Source: Vairimorpha necatrix (taxonomy: Eukaryota). Taken from it: a DNA stretch of 64,000 nucleotides. This document shows positions 56,124 to 64,000 of this stretch, piece after piece (the first letter of the stretch is position 1; each line of letters opens with the position of its first letter). The translations under genes were made by a program, and so were the position numbers. Under the pieces are notes generated by a model. That model was given only the letters and a program-made list of their open reading frames with translations. It was not told the DNA's origin and did no database searches. The stretch is taken from contig CP142726.1 of NCBI GenBank assembly GCA_036630325.1, forward strand, positions 682,001-746,000, read 5' to 3'.

Positions 56124-58549
56124 TGTGGACTGATGGTTTCCCATCAGTCCGAGAAGAATGTTTTAAACTATAATTTTTATTGTTCTTCATCTTCATACCC
56201 CAAGGGTATGATTTTCTTTTATATTTATAGGCGGGAAAATATTGTACATTTTCCCTCCATAAACATAGTTTGGTAAAGGAGGAGAATACTTATAGAATAG
56301 TATTCTCTAGTCTCCAGGGTAATCTTAGGACCACTGGAGATCTGTCACTTGACACTCCCCCCTTCTTTAGAGGCTCCTAGGTTACCATTTGTTTCGCGTC
56401 TTCAAGTACTTCCAGTTAATAGCGAATGCGTCATTATTTAGGATATATAATTTATAGACTCCCTCTATTCCAACCGTAGGGATAGTATATGACTTTTTCA
56501 TTTTGTCAATTCCTTTCTTCTGAATGCTTATCGGTGGTTTTCGCTTTCGTACTACGTCCCGAACTCTATGAACACTTAATTTCACCTTGTCTTTAACTTT
56601 TTCCTTTTCATTTCTTGGTTTCTTCCGCGAGTAAGCGATAGATGTATAACGAAGCATTTCTTTTTCGTCGGAGTCTTTCCGCCATCCATTTATCATTTTA
56701 ATAGATCTAAATTGTCTATTTATAAGCTCCGGTAGCATACTGCACCTGTAAATTTTTTTCCTCCTTTTTTTGTGAGGTATATGTTCTCTGCCTTTCCCCC
56801 AGGTATTTAGCTGTAGGTATTTTAACTTCAATTCAAAGTTTGTCAATACGGGTGGATCATGTAATTTTTGTATTAAAGAATGTGGGTAAAACTCTTTTTT
56901 TTTACTTCTGTTAAGTTTTCCCTTGTCATTACAAATTACCATGTCACTGAAAGATGCTGTGATTGGAACGACCGGGAGAGTAAAGGTCGATACAGTTTCT
57001 TCCTTTTCAGTTTTACTCAAAAGCACTTTGGGCTTGACTCTTATCGCTTCCCTTTGACCTAATGGTCTCCTATGTTGGATGCACTTAAATTCCGGACAAT
57101 CCTTTAGCTCATCTATAACATTGCTACTACTAAAGCTTAAGTTTTGGTCTTTAATATGGAAAGCCTTCGAATGTACTATGGCAAGTTTATAACTTTTTTC
57201 TTTTCCTTCTTGAAAGTAATTTTCTTTTACAATGTCTGTTAGATGTGTTTCGGATATTTTTCTCGTTGTGCAGACAGATTTCGTTGCTATAGCGCCATCT
57301 ATTTTATCAAACCTTTTGAGTAGATTTAGTTTCTTGGCATCTACTATGCCAATTATAAAGTCTTCCGGTAATTTATCTATTACGTAAGCCTCGATCATTT
57401 CATTTTTCTTGATCTTGGGCCTCTTTATAAAGACTTGTATTTTTCCTCCTGATTTGACCTGGCCCCCTATTCCTTCAACCGTAAGAGTTTCTTTTGTTGG
57501 CTTTAATTTTAGTTTTTGAATCATTGTTTTACTAATGAGATTCACTTGAGATCCGGTATCAATAAGAGCGGAAAATTTTATCGTTCCCGAATATAGATTT
57601 ATCCTCGGGCGGATATCTTGTAGTTTAGTAGTCGATTTCATTTCTCCTATCCTTAAAAGCATGGCAGAATTTACTTGTTCTGCTTTTTCTCCACAAATTT
57701 TATTATCTTTTTTTTCTCGTGAGATAGCTTCATAAGATGGTTTTCTACTAAATGTTTTCTTTTTGTTTAAATGATAATTTATAAGAGTTTGTTTGTTCTC
57801 AACTAATTCCAGCAATTCCAACCAATCTTTCGTTTCTTTAATAGGCTCCTTCAACTTATCAGGGGAGTTCCTTCCTATAGAAATCTTTGATCTGGCAAAA
57901 TATTCAGGGTTTCCTTTTGCATATCTTTTGAGGTCATAAGCGTAACTTAAAATGTCGCTTTCCTTTGGACCTTCCACATATAGATGCATGAACCTATCTG
58001 CTATATCTTCTGTTAGTTTCTCTTTTAAATACTTTTTTTTAAACTGGGTTTTGAATGAATCATAGTCTGTAATTTCATCACCCTCGAACGCTTTGAACCA
58101 TGTTAACGCCTTGCCTTTAAGTTTAGATTTGGCAATATCTAGCGTTTTATCTTGCGTATACACATCCTCAATTTCGCGGAACTGAGTTAAAAAATCTTCG
58201 GCTTGTTTTAAAGTTTCGCCGTTAAATTCTGTCCACCTATTGATCAGACATATTTTTTCCATGTGCGTGATGAGACTATTAAAGTGATCGTTCAAATCCT
58301 CGTCACCGTTACCACCATTGTGGACTGATGGTTTCCCATCAGTCCGAGAAGAATGTTTTAAACTATAATTTTTATTGTTCTTCATCTTCATACCCCAAGG
58401 GTATGATTTTCTTTTATATTTATAGGCGGGAAAATATTGTACATTTTCCCTCCATAAACATAGTTTGGTAAAGGAGGAGAATACTTATAGAATAGTATTC
58501 TCTAGTCTCCAGGGTAATCTTAGGACCACTGGAGATCTGTCACTTGACA
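56124..58549 (-). mobile_element. Second copy A' of the Gag-protease LTR element (2426 bp)
   Basis: Identical LTRs 56124-56354 and 58319-58549, own TSD GTTTA. Confidence 0.96.
56382..58391 (-). CDS. Gag-protease plus Pol-derived basic tail (669 aa)
   Basis: Near-identical to 36190..38205 and fully open; a 1-nt indel alters only the last few residues. Confidence 0.9.
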   Translation of the reverse strand: MKMKNNKNYSLKHSSRTDGKPSVHNGGNGDEDLNDHFNSLITHMEKICLINRWTEFNGETLKQAEDFLTQFREIEDVYTQDKTLDIAKSKLKGKALTWFKAFEGDEITDYDSFKTQFKKKYLKEKLTEDIADRFMHLYVEGPKESDILSYAYDLKRYAKGNPEYFARSKISIGRNSPDKLKEPIKETKDWLELLELVENKQTLINYHLNKKKTFSRKPSYEAISREKKDNKICGEKAEQVNSAMLLRIGEMKSTTKLQDIRPRINLYSGTIKFSALIDTGSQVNLISKTMIQKLKLKPTKETLTVEGIGGQVKSGGKIQVFIKRPKIKKNEMIEAYVIDKLPEDFIIGIVDAKKLNLLKRFDKIDGAIATKSVCTTRKISETHLTDIVKENYFQEGKEKSYKLAIVHSKAFHIKDQNLSFSSSNVIDELKDCPEFKCIQHRRPLGQREAIRVKPKVLLSKTEKEETVSTFTLPVVPITASFSDMVICNDKGKLNRSKKKEFYPHSLIQKLHDPPVLTNFELKLKYLQLNTWGKGREHIPHKKRRKKIYRCSMLPELINRQFRSIKMINGWRKDSDEKEMLRYTSIAYSRKKPRNEKEKVKDKVKLSVHRVRDVVRKRKPPISIQKKGIDKMKKSYTIPTVGIEGVYKLYILNNDAFAINWKYLKTRNKW

Positions 58550-58944
58550 GTTTATATAAGAAAAATTAAATAAATGTTCAACTATCTATATAGATTTTTA
58601 AATCAAAAAATTTAATTTAAAATTTGTTAAAATATTTAGAATTATATAGGTTTATGGTTATAAACTTTTTTTAAATTAAATTTCGTATACAAACATATAT
58701 TTATTTGGTATCTTTACTTATTGAAGATGCAAGTAATTTGAGTACTAATGATTTATTCTCCTTTATTTTGCACTTCGTTTTTTGGGTTCAAAATAATAAA
58801 GTGAACACCCTCAGAGGGGGGCGTTTTTGTTTCCAATTCTAAAAAATCAGAGGGGCAAAAAAATGCTTATTAGTTAATATTATTGTAAAAACTTGTATTA
58901 AAATATAATTGTATACATAAATATATATTTATTTATTGTTTTGT

Positions 58945-59482
58945 GCAGGAATGTGTAGCTAATGAGTATGTTGAGATACGAGTCGACAGTAGGATACATG
59001 CAAGTATTAAAATAAAGTATAACAAGCCTGATATACTAATTGTAGACAAGTTGAGGAAAGAAGTGATCGTTGTAGAAGTTGGAATCACAAGTTTTACAAC
59101 CTCCATGCAGTAGAAACAGAAAAGCAACATAAATATGACTTGCTCGCAAATCATGTGGCTTCTCTCTACAAATACAAGCCGAAAATTATTCCTTATGTGA
59201 TGACGTGGGATGGAATAGTAACTAATTTTCACCGTACGCATATCAAGGTGCTCAGATTAGAACCCAGAACGGAAGCATATATACAGTCAAGAGTCCTTAA
59301 AATGACTTTAGAAAGCCTAAATATGTCAGCCAGACATGGGCTTGATACAGATCAGGAAGGGGTCTTCGAGAGCCCAATGAGTGAATCTCAGAAGGAAGTC
59401 CTGGAACTGCTAGATGATACTGTAAGCGTATCTTGTGAAAAGTAATTAATAAGCCGAATATTATACCCAAATAAATTGTATA
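58945..59482 (+). mobile_element. 3' fragment of the RLE non-LTR retrotransposon
   Basis: Near-identical to 8462-8998. Confidence 0.9.
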
Positions 59483-59900
59483 TTTGTTGTAACTCTAGTT
59501 ACCAATCATCTGTTGTAATCATATACCAAACTGTTTTAGCACAAGTTTGACCAATCCAACATGGTTATCACAAACCACTGTTTCAAACACAATATAAAAG
59601 ATAAAGTTTTTAAATAAATATGCAATTTCGTTCAGACTCATTTACTCTTTTCAACAATATTATTTATTGTTTTTGTGGTATCCACCACTGAGGAAAGTAT
59701 TTAAAATATTTTTATTATTCATTCTATGCTTCCTTTCCATTATTCCGTACCCCTCTCCAGATAAAATATTTAAATAAATGTTGGAGGGAAAACGGGTCGA
59801 ATTTGGAGGGAAGATTTTAGAAATATATTTTATGATATTTGGTATATCATAGTTTTTAATGTCATAAGTGCTTGGTAATTTTTGTCTCCTTCCTGCTTCT

Positions 59901-60758
59901 GGCTAATTTTCACTTTATCCCCCCCTTACCAATATAAATACAGAATTTTTTATTTTTAGCCCTGTTTTTTAAAAGTCGAAGCGTCCAGAGCGGAAAGGAA
60001 CAGAGAAAAATTTACATAAGTAAAAAAATGGTCTTAGAAATATCTAATTTATACATAGTTTATGAAAAATATATTATTTAAACCAATTTAATAATGTTTT
60101 CTAATAAACTATGAGTTAAATAGAAGTCTAAATTTGTAAAAATATGTTTTAACCTATTGCTTTCTTTTGTCATTACATTTAATTTTTGCTAAAGATAAAC
60201 ATGTTTATACTTAGTTTATGTTGTTTAAAACAGAATCTAGGTTAGGTTATTCTTAGTTTGGTAGTATATTTATTAGTCTTGTTTTTTAGGTTTTTATTGG
60301 TTTTTCTAGACAAACAAAGTAAATAATGTTATATTTATGCTCTTTAAAGAATTATTGAATCGTATAGAATGTCAATTTATCAATATATGTTATATTTTAG
60401 CTCCAAAAGTAAAATATTACATGTTTGGAAAATTCTTTAATTCTTGAAAAATATTCATTTATAACAGCAAATGAACCTTATAAATATTGTTTATATAGAG
60501 ATTTCGTTGTTATACATTGCAATGTACAATAAAGATAAATCTTGATCAATAATTGGATGAAGGAAATTTTTAAAAAATGAAAAAAAAACGAAAAAACAAT
60601 TGTTTTATTTTTGGTAAATATGCTATTTTATTTACAGCTTTATTTTTTTGACTTTTGCTCCTTCACATTTTTTCCGCTTCGAATTTCGAAAAAAAGGGAT
60701 ATTTTTAAAAAATTCTTGATTTATATTGGTAAGGGGGGGGATAAAGTGAAAATGCTCC
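59901..60758. mobile_element. Non-autonomous Merlin MITE
   Basis: TIRs GG..TTTTCACTTTAT.CCCCCCC like the element at 22615, 8-bp TSD CTGCTTCT, no transposase. Confidence 0.9.
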
Positions 60759-62001
60759 CTGCTTCTCTTTTTTTTAGCACTTCAATTTTAGGGTTCGAAA
60801 AAAAAATCGAAGCGCTTCAAAAGGGGGGTTCTAAAGTATCCTTCACCCTTTTTTATCTTCTTTTAATCAAATAGAATTAAATATTTAAAGATGAAATTAG
60901 TTTATAAAAATTTACATTAGCAATAATTATAAGAGTTATAATATAAAAATTAACACAAATGTCTAATATTACGTTATATGTTGAGTGGTGCTGCGCAGCT
61001 AAAAATTTGAATATCTATGATTTTGGCATCACAAGATCAAATTTTAATTATTCAGATAACACTAAATGTATTTCTTAAGATTATAAAAGAATTGGAATCA
61101 AGAAGGACAAAAATGACAATAAACAGGCTACCTTTTTTCCAAATTACAATCCCAATTTATCGGATTAATGATAAAATGCTTTAAAATTGTTTAATAATCA
61201 CATATTATAGTATCTAGAAGGTAAAATTCTTTGTTGCGTCAGTATATATTGTTAAGCTTCCACATATTTACGTAACAATCTTAATTAATTTATATTTTTA
61301 TATTCATAACTAATTTGATTAGGACAGGCTTAAAGATATGCGACTTCTCTGGTAGATTTTCCGTGCAACAATTACAAATCAAATATAGATCAAACACATA
61401 TATCAATTTCACCCACAACCTGGGCGTTCGTGTTTTTTTGTTTAATTTTAGCATTTTCTGTTCAGCGTCTACTCTCATATACATCCTCTCTAGTTTGGCC
61501 CCGTCGTGGACGAAGGCCAAAAAAATTTTACAGTATTTTTTTCCAAATAAATACATTTTTAAATGTCGGCCGTCTTTAAGGAAGCTTAAGTTATTTTTTT
61601 CATAAAAAATTTAATAGCTGGACGTTCTAATAATTAATATGTAAAGGAATACACTTTAAAAAATTAATTGTCATTTTTTGGCATGACACAAAACTATATA
61701 CGTGAATCCAATAGCTCAGGTTTATATTTTTATCTCACGTTAGGTCACTTTTCTTATCACCATACCAAAAATACTTGCTTGTTTTAAGAATTGTTTTAAA
61801 AATTAAGGACTGGAATTTTCACATGTAACTTGTTTTTGATATGCATTCTGTATGATATACTTGTTTCTAATAATCCTAAAGGTTTCTGGATTTTTCTAGT
61901 TTTTTTTAAAGATAACATTTTGTTCTCATGCAAAAAATAGCACTTAAGTTTTTTTTCACAATAACAGATATGGGAAAAACTAAAATGCCTATAAATCTTT
62001 T

Positions 62002-62202
62002 TGTTACCAGAAGGAGAGCTAATTATTGAAGAAGGCTTTTTATTAGAAGAAGAACTATATTTATTTGGCATGAATTCTCCTATTTAAGATTTCTTAAATA
62101 TTTTAGTTTCGGATCTGAAACAAGTATGTTTCAGATCATTATGATTTGTTTCATCTTTCAGTTTTAGTCTGATTATTGGCGTGTGCAACACAGCCGGTAA
62201 CA
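62002..62202. mobile_element. 201-bp solo LTR
   Basis: TGTTACC...GGTAACA ends, TSD CTTTT; absent from duplication copy 1 (about 50830). Confidence 0.85.
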
Positions 62203-62563
62203 CTTTTAATACATTATAAAGTCTATAAACAACGACCCTGTATTTTACTATGTCCCAAATTTAACATTAGTGCAAAAATAAATCTTTTTATAACGTTTTT
62301 ATATTTTTGTACGAATTTACAATATCAATATTTACAAATGTATTCTTGTGACAATTGGAATAACTGAAATGCTTTTTTAAATAAAAAACTGTAAAAGCTA
62401 TATACGTCATGTCATTTTAAAATAAAATTTGAGCTTGGTTTATTTGTAAAAGATTAGATCTCATATTCGTTTTATTGACTAAAAATTTTGTAGAAATGGA
62501 CGGGGAATATATGCAAAACATTATTTATGATAATAATAAGCAAAATTTATAAAATTTAAAATT

Positions 62564-63253
62564 TTATTTCGCACAAAAAAAAAGAACGACAAGAAATATT
62601 GTTGCCTGAACAATACATAGAATTATAGAACGTCTATACCTATACGTAAGATCTTTCATGTTTTTAATAACATTGTTGCATATATTTGCTTGATCAATAC
62701 TTTTCATAATTTCTTTGTGATCATTATTTTTTTGAACCTGCTCAAATATCAAATTATTTTGATCGTTTAATTTTATGTTAACGGACATTTTTAAAATATT
62801 TATAAGCTGTTCATAATTAAGATGATCATAAGTGAAATTTCTGATTAGTATGTCACTATGCAATTGCCTTGTTTTTTCATACAAGATTAGAAGCGCTAAA
62901 TGAAGAGCTTCATTTTTACCATTATGTACATTTTCATCACTATACCTTTGTAAAGCACCCATATCTTTTTTTTTAATTTCATATTTTTCATCGCCACACT
63001 TCGATGGCCAACTACTTTGCATTTTTTTAGGAAAAGTCACGCTTTCCATTAAGCTGTCAAACGCTATCTTCCTTATTTTTTCTAATTCATTTCTTTCATA
63101 GTTCACCTTACTATATTGGTCGTTCATTGCAAAGAGCATTTTATCTCTTGCCTCATAGGCTTTATTTATTTCTTTAGTTGATGTACTTGCACTATTTTCG
63201 CTGGTAGCTACTAGTCTTTGCATATTTAAAATTAATACAGGAGTAAAAAACAT
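62564..63253 (-). CDS. Family-2 protein: signal peptide plus C-terminal TM (229 aa)
   Basis: CCCC upstream, intact ORF, duplicate of 51185..51901. Confidence 0.87.
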   Translation of the reverse strand: MFFTPVLILNMQRLVATSENSASTSTKEINKAYEARDKMLFAMNDQYSKVNYERNELEKIRKIAFDSLMESVTFPKKMQSSWPSKCGDEKYEIKKKDMGALQRYSDENVHNGKNEALHLALLILYEKTRQLHSDILIRNFTYDHLNYEQLINILKMSVNIKLNDQNNLIFEQVQKNNDHKEIMKSIDQANICNNVIKNMKDLTYRYRRSIILCIVQATIFLVVLFFCAK

Positions 63254-64000
63254 CTTATGGGGTGCGGCATAATTTAATTTTATAGAAAAATTATTTTTAA
63301 TTTAAAAGTTTGATCATATTTTTAGAAAATATCTATTATATAAATTTAAAGTTTATTGGTAAAACAAGTCTTACTAAATTTTCTAATTAAGAAATGAATC
63401 TTTATCATTTTTCTAATATTTTGAATTTCATTTTATGTATGAGAATGTAATAGAATAGATAAACAAATTTGTTTTTTATTGATAACTTTTATATGTAAAA
63501 ACATATTGTAAAACTTTACTTTTAGCTTTATTTTTTGTTACCATTGTACTATTAATTTTATTATAATTGTGTCTTTGGTAAGTATTCCGGCAATAACTAC
63601 TACAATGCTGATTAAAAGAAGTGGTTTATTTGCGCCATTATATTAAAAATATCGCAATATTTTAATATATACAAAAAATGGATAAATATCAACATTCATA
63701 AGGTCTTCGTAATTGTTATCTTTCATATGACAGCTGTTGTACTCAAAACTTTTATTATTATAAAACATGTTTTTAATGATTTAATCAATTTAAAATATCA
63801 AATGATATTTAATATATCAGTATAAAAATTTATACTTTCACACTCTACCTCCTTTCAAAAAATAAATTTTTTATATTTCTTAATCTTGAATTTATAATTT
63901 TCTCATTTGTTAGCTTTGTTTGGGCAAATCCAAATTTCATCAAAACAACAGTTTCTTTGAAAGTATAATCCGCTTATTATTTATGTTCTTTTTCAATAGG

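Larger units (their letters stand above)
55801..60848. mobile_element. Composite/rearranged MITE-family unit
   Basis: Inverted termini GGGT..AGGATACTTTAGA.CCCCCC at 55801 and 60848; interior homologous to 43452-44290; no TSD. Contains A', a non-LTR fragment and a Merlin MITE. Confidence 0.65.
60849..64000 (+). repeat. Segmental duplication copy 2 (runs to window end)
   Basis: Colinear with 48446-52655. Confidence 0.92.

Noticed and set aside
60860-62400. Possible long degraded gene on the minus strand (also 48450-51000)
   Set aside because: Coding-like patches exist, but stops are frequent and no family could be identified.

Overview
AT-rich, apparently intron-free eukaryotic DNA that looks microsporidian, probably Nosema/Vairimorpha-like. 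This is inferred from the CCC motif just upstream of many start codons, the compact STE12/SMC5/kinesin genes and the transposon repertoire. A small housekeeping core (aldo-keto reductase, STE12, kinesin-10-like, a possible minimal Borealin, SMC5) lies at about 15.5-28 kb. It is surrounded by two lineage-specific paralogous families (secreted; signal peptide plus C-terminal TM), a >3 kb segmental duplication and dense nested transposons: Ty3/Gypsy LTR elements, solo LTRs, Merlin/IS1595-type DNA transposons and MITEs, a FLYWCH-Mutator with tandem-repeat TIRs, and RLE-type non-LTR fragments. The most notable biology is in the LTR elements. (i) Two families of ~2.3-2.4 kb elements carry one intact ORF: Gag, protease and a Pol remnant with the catalytic cores removed in frame. 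They have perfect TSDs and (near-)identical LTRs, and one copy sits in the YIDD motif of an autonomous element. (ii) Two related elements have, where the tRNA PBS should be, a 12-bp palindrome preceded by a conserved NAGCU-loop hairpin. (iii) An ORF starts inside the LTR in every well-preserved family. (iv) There are 70-79 bp LTRs and an 894-bp integrase-only element. All coordinates were read by eye and no database searches were run.
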